Source: a virus. Taken from it: a DNA stretch of 58,407 nucleotides. Each line of letters opens with the position of its first letter. Position 1 is the first letter of the stretch. Of the stretch, positions 34,493 to 44,240 are shown one piece after another. A program made the position numbers and the translations under genes. The DNA is taken from IMG/VR virus record IMGVR_UViG_3300045988_099599; one strand, 5' to 3'. The notes under the pieces are model-generated. The model was not told where the DNA came from and ran no database searches. It was given only the letters and a program-made list of their open reading frames with translations.

Positions 34493-34571
34493 TCCACAGC
34501 AACCATATACCACCTGTACATAAAGTCATAATCAAATTCCACTCATAGTATTTTCTCCTTTTATTCCTGCA

Positions 34572-35354
34572 TTATTCACTAACTAATTCCGCATAGTAAA
34601 CATCCAGCGACATCTCCTCGCTCTTTTCTCCGGTTATGCTGTTTTCGGACCCAGAAAGACCGGTAAACTCTCCGTAAAACGTTACCACATCTCCTTCAAG
34701 AAGTCTGATATAGCTATCATCTTCTTCAGAACGTTTATCGATCATGTACATCATATTACTGAAATAATATCCGCTTCCGTCAGCATCATCATAAACCTTG
34801 TAATATTTTGCTCCCCAAGAATCAGAAACAGTTGAAATTTCCGCTGTTACCTTGAATTTCTTACCGATGTAATCATCTGGATTTCTCATTACATCCTTGT
34901 AATTGAATTCTTCACAATCGGATTTTAATTCTTCTGGTGTAAACTTTGTTGTCTTTTCGGCTTTGCTTTCTTCCTGCTCTTTGCTGTCCTCTTCTGTAGA
35001 TTCTTCTACAGATGATTCTTCCGCACTACTTTCTGTCTTGTTTTCTGTTGACACAACGACACCGGCAAGCCACGGTAAAATGTAAGCTCCGAGAAAAACA
35101 GTCAGCAGTACTCTGGCAATTCCACTTTTTGGTCTTTTGGACATCCACAGGAATATAATCCCCAACGGCGGTATAAAAATACACGCAAGGATAATCACCC
35201 AAGTTAATTCGTAAAATTTAGGCATCCTTTGTACCTGTTGCCTGTCATCAATCCAACTGTTCTGTCGTGGCTGTGAATCCATCATCGGTTTTCCACAGTT
35301 TCCACAGAACTTCTGCCCGTCCGGATTCTCTGTGTTACAATATGGACATTTCAT
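34572..35354 (-). CDS. Zinc-ribbon membrane protein with an acidic linker and an extracytoplasmic C-domain
   Basis: Start at MKCPYCNTENPDGQKFCGNCG behind AAGGGGGA. It has two TM segments and a Glu/Ser-rich linker. Confidence 0.65.
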   Translation of the reverse strand: MKCPYCNTENPDGQKFCGNCGKPMMDSQPRQNSWIDDRQQVQRMPKFYELTWVIILACIFIPPLGIIFLWMSKRPKSGIARVLLTVFLGAYILPWLAGVVVSTENKTESSAEESSVEESTEEDSKEQEESKAEKTTKFTPEELKSDCEEFNYKDVMRNPDDYIGKKFKVTAEISTVSDSWGAKYYKVYDDADGSGYYFSNMMYMIDKRSEEDDSYIRLLEGDVVTFYGEFTGLSGSENSITGEKSEEMSLDVYYAELVSE

Positions 35355-35408
35355 TTTCAATTTTCCCCCTTTTTGAAATGTGTTTGCCATATTATACCAT
35401 GCGAAATA

Positions 35409-35729
35409 TCATGCTGCAATAGAGATTGAACAAAGTAGATCGTCCAAAAGGTATATAATTTCTTTTCCGTGGTCAGACATAAAATTACATAGTTTTTCTT
35501 CTGTTTCAATTGGCATATACAGATTGTATGTCATACAAACCGCATGGGTCAGTTCGTGGCAAAGGACACGATCCAGCATGGGACCCGTTAAATGGTCAGC
35601 GAGATACACAGTGTTGTTTGATTGGTCAGTAACTCCTATGGTATAGGAACCGTCTGATTTTTGAAGTTCTGGAGATTGTGCCGGAACAAATTGAATCACC
35701 CAAGATTCGTTTCTGATTTTAAATTCCAT
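35409..35729 (-). CDS. Small SprT/ImmA-like zinc metalloprotease-motif protein
   Basis: 106 aa with HELTHA (HExxH). Confidence 0.5.
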   Translation of the reverse strand: MEFKIRNESWVIQFVPAQSPELQKSDGSYTIGVTDQSNNTVYLADHLTGPMLDRVLCHELTHAVCMTYNLYMPIETEEKLCNFMSDHGKEIIYLLDDLLCSISIAA

Positions 35730-35766
35730 ATAGTCACCAAAAGAGGGAACCGAAGTTCCCTCCCCT

Positions 35767-36381
35767 TTACATTTTGCTGATTAATGTACTCAACTTCGCC
35801 TTTGCAAGCGTTCTTTCTTCGTTGGACATCTCACCGATAAGATCCGTAACATCCTTACTCAGTTCAGACATGTAAGATTCCAATTCGTGCATTCTGGTAT
35901 CCTTGTCTTTATGTCCCTCTCTGGCTTCCGTATAGGCTCTTCTTGCCATGTTATACTTCCGCTCGGGTTTCTCTTCGGTGTAATACATTCTGCCCTTATT
36001 TCGGTCAATATCGCGGTCATGATTGTATTCTTTACCATCCATCCGGTACATCTCCGGGGTCATATGCCAGTATGGCGGGTAATCTTCGTATCCCATCCGG
36101 GTTCCCCGACCTTTCGGAGCAAATCTGCCGTTGGAATACCGGTAATTGTCGTAGAAACGGCGGTCACCGTATCTGTCCATGACATCCAGCATGGATTCCG
36201 GATCGAATTCTTCCATGGTGTTCGTTAGAGTCCTGTAATACATCGCTTCCGCTAAATCTTTGAGCATATCAGTTACCTGACCAAATTCACACACATCCAG
36301 TTTTTCTATCCCCTTATCCAGTTCGGCTTTTGCACATTCGGAAAGCTTCTCAATCATATCATGCATTCTCTTTACATCCAT
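35767..36381 (-). CDS. Hypothetical protein, Tyr/Arg/Asp/Met-rich
   Basis: Start at MDVKRMHDM behind AAGGAGGG. The central part RFYDNYRYSNGRFAPKGRGTRMGYEDYPPYWHMTPEMYRMDGKEY is low-complexity. Confidence 0.6.
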   Translation of the reverse strand: MDVKRMHDMIEKLSECAKAELDKGIEKLDVCEFGQVTDMLKDLAEAMYYRTLTNTMEEFDPESMLDVMDRYGDRRFYDNYRYSNGRFAPKGRGTRMGYEDYPPYWHMTPEMYRMDGKEYNHDRDIDRNKGRMYYTEEKPERKYNMARRAYTEAREGHKDKDTRMHELESYMSELSKDVTDLIGEMSNEERTLAKAKLSTLISKM

Positions 36382-36394
36382 TGAAATTCCCTCC

Positions 36395-36817
36395 TTACGC
36401 TTCTCTTGTAACAACAATGTTTGCGTTCGCTACGTTGATCGCCTGAGTACTTGTGTTCTTTACTGCAATATTTACACAACATCCAGCCGGCACATCAATA
36501 TAGACACCGGAAGACACATTGTTGTACTGGTCAATAGCTGCCGGTGTGCTTATCATCTGAGACGAAAGCACCGGTTCGCCGCTGATCGCGATTGCCAGAG
36601 ATATTGCACCAACCGCACCACCAGTTGGAATAGAAATATTGCCAGAAAAATCAACAAAGTATCTTGCGCGACACTGGTTTGTCAATCCACGAAGAGTAAC
36701 AATGCCGGATCCCTCCCGGTGTTTTATACAGTTACTACCTGATACTGCTGTATTAGTAAAAATAACATTTTCGTTTGCTGCAACTTCCTGTGCAGAAACA
36801 GCTACAAATTCAGCCAT
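36395..36817 (-). CDS. TNF/C1q-like (BclA C-terminal-domain-like) beta-sandwich protein
   Basis: 140 aa with an alternating beta pattern VIFTNTAVSGSNCIKHREGSGIVTLRG...YFVDFSGNISIP...AISLAIAISGEPV...VNIAVKNTS...NANIVVTR. This is remembered family resemblance only. Confidence 0.45.
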   Translation of the reverse strand: MAEFVAVSAQEVAANENVIFTNTAVSGSNCIKHREGSGIVTLRGLTNQCRARYFVDFSGNISIPTGGAVGAISLAIAISGEPVLSSQMISTPAAIDQYNNVSSGVYIDVPAGCCVNIAVKNTSTQAINVANANIVVTREA

Positions 36818-36932
36818 AAATCATACCTCCATAAATAAAAGTAAGGGCAAACCGTTAAGTCTGCCCTTTTGTTGTAAAACTGCTTATAGCAGACATAACC
36901 ACAAATTGGTTAAGTTACAAGTTATTCATTTG

Positions 36933-37721
36933 TCAGCATCCACAACCGCTTCCACATCCGCATCCGTAATATGCATTCGGGTTAGGAACTTGATATGACG
37001 GAATAGGAGCAGGATTCACAGCGTTGATGATCTGCTGTGCCTGAGCAGCCATCTGAGTTGTGAGCAGTGCGCTCTGACGGTCCTGAGAAGCAGCACGTCT
37101 GAGGTCGTTGTTCTCAGCCTGCAGAGTAGAGATTTTTTCCTGGCAGAGATAGTCAAGGATTGCACGGGTTCCTGCGTTCTGACTTTCAATGATATCGCGT
37201 GTGTTAGTGTTCATGGTGTTCTGCAGGGCACATGTGTCATGAGCCATGTCGTATCTGACCTGAGCGATTGCTTCACGGTTCTGGCAGCAGCAATCAGCTA
37301 ACTGTGCCTGCAATGCATTCTGTCCCTGCATAAGGGCAACATTTGTATTGTTGAATCCCTGCTGTGTCTGGTATCCCAGATTGCAAATTGCATTGTCTAC
37401 GCCATGGAAACCATTCATGAGAGCAGTGTTCTGAGTGTAGAATCCATCACACAGCCCGTTGTTAATGCCGTCCAGCTTGCTGATAACCGCCTGATTATCA
37501 AATCCGCGCTGAATGTCCGCCTGTGTAGCAGCTGTAGCGACGTATCCACTACCATTTCCACTACCAAAGCCGCCCCAGCCATTGTTACCCCATCCAAAAA
37601 GCAATGCGAAAACTACGATGATCCATAACCATCCACCGTCTCCCCATGCTCCATTACTGTCGGAATAACCGGTTGCCGGCATTACAGGCATTGTAAAAGG
37701 CGCATTGTTTGAATTAAACAT
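36933..37721 (-). CDS. Gly/Trp-rich membrane-anchored, Cys- and Gln/Asn-rich protein
   Basis: GGWLWIIVVFALLFGWGNNGWGGFGSGNGSG resembles YjcZ-type peptides. It has internal CCC and a C-terminal GCGCGSGCGC. Confidence 0.6.
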   Translation of the reverse strand: MFNSNNAPFTMPVMPATGYSDSNGAWGDGGWLWIIVVFALLFGWGNNGWGGFGSGNGSGYVATAATQADIQRGFDNQAVISKLDGINNGLCDGFYTQNTALMNGFHGVDNAICNLGYQTQQGFNNTNVALMQGQNALQAQLADCCCQNREAIAQVRYDMAHDTCALQNTMNTNTRDIIESQNAGTRAILDYLCQEKISTLQAENNDLRRAASQDRQSALLTTQMAAQAQQIINAVNPAPIPSYQVPNPNAYYGCGCGSGCGC

Positions 37722-37790
37722 ACCTTATTCCTCCTTGGAAAATTTTATTCATAAAGAGGTACTTCGTTTTTGTGCACAACCTCTAATATG

Positions 37791-38024
37791 CTACATATTC
37801 ATTTTCTTTTTGATCTCATTCATAAGATCGTCAGGGTTTATACCCTTTTCTTTCCCCAGATTTCTTGCCAGTGTTTCTATCCCCTTCATGTCACCTTTCT
37901 GAGCCATGTTGATTGCGTTCTGTGCCATAGGATTGCTCATGATCTGGTTATTTCCCATCATTTGTTTTAAAAACTGCTGCGGATTTCCACCTTTAAGCAT
38001 TTGAAAAAAATTCATCGGATTCAT
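37791..38024 (-). CDS. Small Met/Asn/Gln-rich protein
   Basis: 77-aa ORF whose start overlaps the upstream stop. Confidence 0.5.
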   Translation of the reverse strand: MNPMNFFQMLKGGNPQQFLKQMMGNNQIMSNPMAQNAINMAQKGDMKGIETLARNLGKEKGINPDDLMNEIKKKMNM

Positions 38025-38530
38025 TCACTTTCACCATCCTTTTTAGTTGTGGAAGTTTTCGATTTTGTTCTTACGGCACCTGAGCTTCCAGATACCGACT
38101 GTTCCAACCGATCTATCTTGTTTTTTAATTCTTCAAACTGGCTCATAAGTGCCTGTGTGACGTCCTCAGTTAGCCCTATTTTCAATTCTGACTGATTGCG
38201 TAAGGAATTGTCAGCCTGATTCATTTGAACGGGTTTAAAGGCTATGGTTTGAATCGTTCCGTTAGCTGTCCAGGATTTCAGATAGATTTCCGAAAGGTCG
38301 GATTTCGGAAAAAGTGCATACGGAGCGTTCATTGGGACATCGTTTGCCGTTATTTCTTCTACTTGGTTTACTGGTCTTCCAATCAACTGCGGTAATTGCT
38401 GTGACTGAAACTGTGGCTGCTGGATTTGCTGAGTCGGTTGCTGAAGCTGTTGCATCTGTTGATACTGCTGCGGCTGTTGGTAAAACCGTTGTTGCAGGTA
38501 TGGATTCTGCAAATATGGATTTTCATACAT
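38021..38530 (-). CDS. Protein with a Gln-rich N-terminus and a coiled C-terminus
   Basis: The N-terminus is MYENPYLQNPYLQQRFYQQPQQYQQMQQLQQPTQQIQQPQFQSQQLPQL. Confidence 0.6.
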   Translation of the reverse strand: MYENPYLQNPYLQQRFYQQPQQYQQMQQLQQPTQQIQQPQFQSQQLPQLIGRPVNQVEEITANDVPMNAPYALFPKSDLSEIYLKSWTANGTIQTIAFKPVQMNQADNSLRNQSELKIGLTEDVTQALMSQFEELKNKIDRLEQSVSGSSGAVRTKSKTSTTKKDGESE

Positions 38531-38540
38531 AGGTATCTAC

Positions 38541-38717
38541 CTACCTTTCACATAACTCTTTTAGAATTTCCTCTTTTTCAGCGTATGGTTTTTCCGTATA
38601 GAACCGTTTTTCAAGGGCATCTTCCACTACACGAATAACTGTTGATTGATATTCAAGCGGTACATGTCTGAGACGATCATCGGAAAATATCTTTGTTAAT
38701 AAAGCATCTGAAAACAT
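38541..38717 (-). CDS. Small hypothetical protein (58 aa)
   Basis: Start moved to MFSDALL (ATG 38717) behind AAGGAGG. The track start at 38750 abuts the terminator T-run and has no RBS. Confidence 0.5.
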   Translation of the reverse strand: MFSDALLTKIFSDDRLRHVPLEYQSTVIRVVEDALEKRFYTEKPYAEKEEILKELCER

Positions 38718-38750
38718 TTCGACCGCCTCCTTATGGTTGAATTTTCGCAT

Positions 38751-38772
38751 AAAAAAAGACGGTCAAACCGTC
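38751..38772 (-). terminator. Intrinsic terminator after the recombinase gene
   Basis: The minus strand reads GACGG-TTTGA-CCGTC followed by TTTTTTT. Confidence 0.7.
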
Positions 38773-38883
38773 AGCAAATAGTAATATTTCCACAATATAT
38801 TGTTATTTGAATAGAGTTCTGGTCAATATGTTGTGTTCTCCCCTTACTGCGTTCATAGGGATGAAGTTCGTAAGGAGAAAAAA

Positions 38884-40227
38884 TTAAGAAATATTAAAAT
38901 GAATGTCGATGTCACCATCAGTTATGACTACTTTTTCCACACATTCTTTTAGAATTTTGTTCTGTTCTTTGGGTGTTAAAGTATCCCAGATAGTTGAAAC
39001 TCTTTGAATGTTTTCTATTTTCACGCTGCTATCTACGGATTCCTCTCTGATAGATTCCTCTAATTCCGTTTTTAATGATTTCTGTCTTTTTTCCTCTTCC
39101 TGTATAACAGAAAGTAATGTATCACTGTCACCTTCCCCATACAGGGCGTATAATTTTTTCAACTTATCAATTGATTTTTTGATTTTCTTTTCAATAATGG
39201 ATTTTTGATTTTCTTTTTTCTCTTCAGCCTTCACATTCACAATGAATCGCCGGAAACAATCAGAAACTTCTTGCTCGATCATTTTTGCGTCCATGCGTAA
39301 ATTTTTACAGTTCGGATCTCGAACCATGCGTTGTTTTCCGCCATCTCTTGAATAGCATTCCATGATATGACAGTTTCCCCACTTTTTGTATCTCATTCTT
39401 GCTCCGCATTTTCCACAGTAGCATAATCCGGAAAGCATAAATTTGTTTCCTATATATGCATTCGAGCTTCTTTTCTTCATGAAAATATGAACAGAGTTAA
39501 ACATTTTTTCAGAAACAATTGGTTCGTGTAATCCTTTGTAATATTTTCCTTTATAGAATATGTAGCCTAAATATACCTTGCTTGTTAAAATATTTTTTAC
39601 ATGTTTATCACATGAAAAGTCGAGTAAATCAGAAATCCTTTGACAAGAATAACCTTTCAGATACAATTCATATGCTTCTATTACTTTCTCTGATTCTCCG
39701 CTTTTAACATGCAGTATCCCATCGTTGCGGTCATAATAATATCCGTAAGGAATTCGTCCTCCGCCCATCCAGAGTCCCTTTTTTACTCTTTCAACCATCC
39801 CAGCTCTGGTCCTCATATAGATAAGTTCCCGTTCGTACTGTCCAACAACAGCGGTTACACTTGTAAGGAATTTATCTGATGGGGTATCTATTCGAAGTTC
39901 TTCAGTAGCAGATATTAATTTGACACCATATTTTGGCAAAGTTCGGCAAAGCAAAGTAAGAGCATCAATCGTATCTCGGCTCATTCGATCAAGTTTGTAC
40001 ACATATACAGATTTTACGATCCCGAATTCTACATCTTCCAGAAGTCTTTGAATGTCCGGGCGGTCAAGCTTGCTTCCAGAATAGCCACCATCGATATACC
40101 AACGATCAATGGTGGTTCCATCCTTATTTGCTCGTTCTATAATCTTCTGTTTCTGTAAGTCTAGACCATATTTCTCTGTCTGTGCCTCAGTCGACACCCG
40201 CAGGTATCCTACGTTCAATTTGTTCAT
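38884..40227 (-). CDS. Large serine recombinase (phage integrase type)
   Basis: The N-terminus VGYLRVSTEAQ...YKLDRMSRD is a resolvase catalytic domain. It is followed by a recombinase domain, a Cys-rich zinc ribbon (CYCGKCG...C) and a coiled coil. 447 aa. Confidence 0.9.
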   Translation of the reverse strand: MNKLNVGYLRVSTEAQTEKYGLDLQKQKIIERANKDGTTIDRWYIDGGYSGSKLDRPDIQRLLEDVEFGIVKSVYVYKLDRMSRDTIDALTLLCRTLPKYGVKLISATEELRIDTPSDKFLTSVTAVVGQYERELIYMRTRAGMVERVKKGLWMGGGRIPYGYYYDRNDGILHVKSGESEKVIEAYELYLKGYSCQRISDLLDFSCDKHVKNILTSKVYLGYIFYKGKYYKGLHEPIVSEKMFNSVHIFMKKRSSNAYIGNKFMLSGLCYCGKCGARMRYKKWGNCHIMECYSRDGGKQRMVRDPNCKNLRMDAKMIEQEVSDCFRRFIVNVKAEEKKENQKSIIEKKIKKSIDKLKKLYALYGEGDSDTLLSVIQEEEKRQKSLKTELEESIREESVDSSVKIENIQRVSTIWDTLTPKEQNKILKECVEKVVITDGDIDIHFNIS

Positions 40228-40284
40228 GTCAATTCCCCCTTTAATAAAATTGACCTGAACTCTATTCAGGTCAATCCTACACTG

Positions 40285-40620
40285 CTATTTATTTTTTGTC
40301 AATTTCTCAGAAAGAATCTTTTTTACACTTTCAATGTGAATTTCCATTTTTTCAAGATCTTTCTTGTCGACACGTTGACCGTTCACGTAAATAGTTGTCA
40401 AACAAACATCTCCTTTCAGAAACTCAAGAATTTTGTCCATTATCTTTTTCTTTCGTTTTGTCACTAAAGAAGTGCTTATACTGAGTCTGTCAGCAATTTC
40501 AATGTCACTTTTTCTTTTGCTTGCCATTTCTATTAATATGCGTTCATCATCGGTAAAATTACAATTTTCGATCAAAAAATCGATTTCTCCTTTGCAAAGA
40601 TTATAAAAACGTGTTCTCAT
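40285..40620 (-). CDS. Sigma-70 region-4/LuxR-type HTH regulator
   Basis: FTDDERILIEMASKRKSDIEIADRLSISTSLVTKRKKKIMDKI. Confidence 0.55.
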   Translation of the reverse strand: MRTRFYNLCKGEIDFLIENCNFTDDERILIEMASKRKSDIEIADRLSISTSLVTKRKKKIMDKILEFLKGDVCLTTIYVNGQRVDKKDLEKMEIHIESVKKILSEKLTKNK

Positions 40621-40662
40621 ATTCCCTGCCTTTCGTCAGCATTTACCAAGGCTGACACTTGG

Positions 40663-41190
40663 CTATCTCACCTTTTTGTCCAGATATTCCGCAGCTTCGT
40701 TAAAACCGCCATCTTTGAGAATTTCCATTATTCTGTCTACGCTTGCCTGTCTGTACCCAGGAATAAGTGCATCGTTCGTCTTTTGTACTCTGGCAAGGAC
40801 ATTAATGTCTATACCAACGTCATACAACTCGTTCAGATAGTTTGCGTAATCCTCGAAACTCACATAGTGTTCGCCAAGCCAGTCAATGTTCATAGCATGT
40901 TCTACTTTCTTGTCAAAAACAGACTTCCATTTCTTCAGCCTGTCCTTGCCGAATCCAAAACCATCATGCAGCGCCATTGCTGCTGTTGTGATTGCCATGT
41001 TATACAAGTTTGTGGAAATTACATCGACAAAACGTCTCCACTCACTGTCCGGGACTCCAAGCGGTACCCTTGTAAATCCGCGCATTTTGACCTCTTTAGC
41101 AAGCGCTTCAACGCCGTTTTCACGGACGACTTCCAGTGCATGCGTCATTCCCTGCATTCTCCAAGTGTATTCTTTATCTACTTTCGCCAT
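40663..41190 (-). CDS. Hypothetical protein
   Basis: 175-aa co-oriented ORF. Confidence 0.55.
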   Translation of the reverse strand: MAKVDKEYTWRMQGMTHALEVVRENGVEALAKEVKMRGFTRVPLGVPDSEWRRFVDVISTNLYNMAITTAAMALHDGFGFGKDRLKKWKSVFDKKVEHAMNIDWLGEHYVSFEDYANYLNELYDVGIDINVLARVQKTNDALIPGYRQASVDRIMEILKDGGFNEAAEYLDKKVR

Positions 41191-41590
41191 CTTTTGTCTC
41201 TCCTATCAATTCTGGGTTGTCGAAGATATTCCCGATCACTTCCCAGGCTTTCCCTTCTCCTGTTTCGAATGGGTCTGGAATCATCCCTTTCTGTACCAGA
41301 CACCATTTCATGTTTTCCCAAGTCACACGCACCCTCGTAACATTCTCAGGAAAGGAATCATCAAGGTGTGCTTCCAGAATATCTCCCTCATAGATTTTCT
41401 GCCCGTTCTTGTCCTTTTCACCGGTGTACTGGCAGATTGTATTTTCATCAACAAGGAGTTCACCATAAAGGCTTTTATCATAGATATGATTCTTGTCACT
41501 AAGATAGCCATGTACCCATGTTCCGTTGAGATGCTCATTACCCGGAATTGTATGAATATGTTTCGCTCTGAAAAGTATTTCTCTATTCAT
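41174..41590 (-). CDS. YopX-family protein
   Basis: ILFRAK...WVHGY...QYTGEKDKNGQKIYEGDIL...EVIGNIFDNPELI. Confidence 0.8.
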   Translation of the reverse strand: MNREILFRAKHIHTIPGNEHLNGTWVHGYLSDKNHIYDKSLYGELLVDENTICQYTGEKDKNGQKIYEGDILEAHLDDSFPENVTRVRVTWENMKWCLVQKGMIPDPFETGEGKAWEVIGNIFDNPELIGETKDGESR

Positions 41591-42050
41591 ATTTTTTAAC
41601 TACCTCCAGCTTTTTCAGATCCTCGATAAGCCACGGATCTTCATCTGACCATTTGACCATTGGGAAATCCAACTTAAAGAATTTTAGGTTTTTGCCTGAT
41701 TCACACTCACTACTTTCCCAAAAGTTAATAAGTTTATGTGGTTTGCTGATGTAGGCGAACAAACCACCATCTATATCCCTAGCTATATAATTTATTTTTG
41801 TGTCAAGATACTCCAAAAATGCCCTATCCTTCTTGCTTATCACTAACTTTTGAACGTATTCGGATTCTACCCATTCGCGTCTTTGTTCTTCACACGTTTT
41901 ACCTGGTGCATCAAACTTACATTTTGTGCATTTTATATGTATACACTCTTCAATTTCACGTGTTTCTTCATCAAAGCCAAAACTTTCGCTCTTGCACGCA
42001 AAAGTAAGTATCTGCTTTTCATACTTCTCTTTATTCTTCATCTCTTCCAC
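41583..42050 (-). CDS. Hypothetical protein
   Basis: 155-aa ORF overlapping its neighbours. Confidence 0.55.
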   Translation of the reverse strand: MEEMKNKEKYEKQILTFACKSESFGFDEETREIEECIHIKCTKCKFDAPGKTCEEQRREWVESEYVQKLVISKKDRAFLEYLDTKINYIARDIDGGLFAYISKPHKLINFWESSECESGKNLKFFKLDFPMVKWSDEDPWLIEDLKKLEVVKKYE

Positions 42051-42351
42051 CTCGTTTCACAATTTTGATGGCTCTATCTAGTCCATCTCCGTATCCGTCA
42101 TAATACTGGCACGTATCCGCTTCGCAGACAGCTATATCATCATCTGCCTTATCGGATAGTACTTGTAACTTTTCGATGACCTTCTCTGCATCAAACGCTG
42201 TCGGCTGTTCTTCTATTTCCATAAGCATGGATACCGCAATATTTGTCAACGAAACCATTTCATCTTCGTCTGGTGCTTTCGGTTTTAACCATTTCTCGCA
42301 TTTTCTCATCAGTAAATCTGCGTCAATTAGTCTCCTCATACTTCCTCCCAT
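42031..42351 (-). CDS. Hypothetical protein
   Basis: 106-aa ORF. Confidence 0.5.
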   Translation of the reverse strand: MGGSMRRLIDADLLMRKCEKWLKPKAPDEDEMVSLTNIAVSMLMEIEEQPTAFDAEKVIEKLQVLSDKADDDIAVCEADTCQYYDGYGDGLDRAIKIVKRGGRDEE

Positions 42352-42626
42352 TCACTTCTCAGCATTCCGCTCTTAATCAACTCATACACGATGTCCAGAG
42401 CATCCCTGTGATCTCGGTACCGGAAATTCGCATCTTTGTGAATACGTGGATCATCAGATCTCCAATCATTGATCGCAAAAACGTAATCACTGACGAACAG
42501 CATTTTCATTCCACGCGCAACGCAGAGATAGTAACATTCGCTGCTCTTCGGGATTCCTTTGCACCGCTTGAATCCGAATTTTTCAAAATCTCTAGCTCTT
42601 ACTCTTGGTTTAAGCATCAACTCCAC
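42336..42626 (-). CDS. Hypothetical protein
   Basis: 96-aa ORF. Confidence 0.5.
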   Translation of the reverse strand: MELMLKPRVRARDFEKFGFKRCKGIPKSSECYYLCVARGMKMLFVSDYVFAINDWRSDDPRIHKDANFRYRDHRDALDIVYELIKSGMLRSEWEEV

Positions 42627-42684
42627 CTCTTTTCACAATTTCCATTGCAGCATTCCGGCTAATGTTATCATCGCCACCATGTTG

Positions 42685-43089
42685 CTAACCTTTCATGTAC
42701 TGGGTTATCATATCCAGCACCACTTTTTCCGGGAACGTCTTACAAGTGATCATTGTGGTAATGTTGCATACAACCATGACAATTCCAACAGTGAGAAGGG
42801 TGCCACTTGCAATACCTTGAATTGCACAGTACATCTCGTAATCGGATATTGGTCCTTCTTCGTTGTATTTCTTCCAACTACCAACTGCCATTTTTGCAAG
42901 CACACCGCCTATAGTGCAAACAAGAATTCCGAATATCAGCCACAAGATGCTAGTTGCAAATTTATACGCCACGCATTTTGCTATCAGCTCCTGCAAATAC
43001 GGCTGCACGTTCTTGCTCGTCCAGTCGATTGCAAGAACGAATTTGTTGCAGATCTCATTTAAGACCTCAATAATCTTATTTGATACCAT
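42685..43089 (-). CDS. Membrane protein (2 TM)
   Basis: TM segments ILWLIFGILVCTIGGVLA and GTLLTVGIVMVVCNITTMI. Confidence 0.55.
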   Translation of the reverse strand: MVSNKIIEVLNEICNKFVLAIDWTSKNVQPYLQELIAKCVAYKFATSILWLIFGILVCTIGGVLAKMAVGSWKKYNEEGPISDYEMYCAIQGIASGTLLTVGIVMVVCNITTMITCKTFPEKVVLDMITQYMKG

Positions 43090-43439
43090 TATTCTTCCTC
43101 ACTTTCTGGCGGTTCTGGTAAAGGCATCCAATATAGGACTTTTTCATAGCCCAGTTCTTCCATTGTTTCAAACTCAGAATCCACAAAGCCAAGTGTTACT
43201 GGATCGTATATATCTTTCCAGAAGCCAAAACCGTACTCTTCTTCGCACTGGCACATCATCGGCGGATCTTCCAAGTGGTTTTCCACTAAACACATAAAGA
43301 ACCTTCTGTCTATATCTTCCGGCATCCTCTCAGAACACGGGATCCAGCCGACCCCATGTTCTTTTTTATATTCCTCAACAGCCTCCCTCTTAAAATTTTC
43401 AATCAGTTCCCTGATACCGTCTGCGTTTTCTTTATTCAT
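43089..43439 (-). CDS. DUF551-like protein
   Basis: GWIPCSERMPED motif. Confidence 0.5.
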   Translation of the reverse strand: MNKENADGIRELIENFKREAVEEYKKEHGVGWIPCSERMPEDIDRRFFMCLVENHLEDPPMMCQCEEEYGFGFWKDIYDPVTLGFVDSEFETMEELGYEKVLYWMPLPEPPESEEE

Positions 43440-43887
43440 CCTGTGTATCCTCCTTATACGGTACCGGCAATTCCATCCATGCGGTAACTTCCATATATTT
43501 TGCGTTTGAAATCCCTATAGGTCCATACTCATAGGACTCCCAAACTGTTCTATCCGTGTATATGTCATGGATACACTTTGCTTTATCGATCAAATATCTG
43601 GATTTTCCGTTTCCGGTTCGCTTTATGGTTACCAGTACTTCTCTTGCGTTGTCTGGATGTCTGACACTAACGGGGATCCACCTACTGTCCACATTCGGTT
43701 CTTCCTTCCACTCATACAGGCTCTTAACGCAATCATCGCACAGGTCGAAGCCTTCATCTGTTCTTCCGTCTTTTGTCACTGTCTTGATTCCTCCAATGGT
43801 ATTTCCAAGAACCGAACCTTTCGATTCCATCACCACATTGTTCTCGTAGAACTTACCGCATCTGTCACACTTCTTCGCTTTACTCAT
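43432..43887 (-). CDS. Zinc-ribbon plus DUF551-like protein
   Basis: CDRCGK...CDDC at the N-terminus, then RWIPVSVRHPDN. Confidence 0.5.
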   Translation of the reverse strand: MSKAKKCDRCGKFYENNVVMESKGSVLGNTIGGIKTVTKDGRTDEGFDLCDDCVKSLYEWKEEPNVDSRWIPVSVRHPDNAREVLVTIKRTGNGKSRYLIDKAKCIHDIYTDRTVWESYEYGPIGISNAKYMEVTAWMELPVPYKEDTQDE

Positions 43888-43949
43888 TTTTTATCCTCGC
43901 TTTTTTCACCGTTTTCTTTGCTGAGTAACTTGTTCTTCATACTTTTTAC

Positions 43950-44240
43950 CTACTCGTCCTGTGGAAATTGGAATACGTTAGTTTTTGCCACGTTTTCAAA
44001 ATCTATCGGATGACAGTCAAAACGTGATCCCGTACCAGTAAGAAGTATCTCATTCGCTTTACATTGTCCGTATTTCTCCCGGCATATTTCCATATTCTTA
44101 ACCGCTTCCTCTTTGTTTCGATAACTTCCCATCATGTATTTCACATTATCACAACTAGCAATAATAAGAGTGCTATCTATGTAGAGACATGCTTTCTCAT
44201 AAGGTAAGTCTATGTATCCGTTCTGACTAATGATTCTCAT
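43950..44240 (-). CDS. Hypothetical protein, paralogue of 31053..31370
   Basis: Start at MRIISQNG behind AAAGGTGGAG. Confidence 0.5.
   Translation of the reverse strand: MRIISQNGYIDLPYEKACLYIDSTLIIASCDNVKYMMGSYRNKEEAVKNMEICREKYGQCKANEILLTGTGSRFDCHPIDFENVAKTNVFQFPQDE

Noticed and set aside
33829-34548. 239-aa plus-strand ORF
   Set aside because: It is a chimera. Its first half is antisense to a decayed minus-strand gene and its second half is the orphan TMP fragment. It starts inside a terminator and has no RBS.
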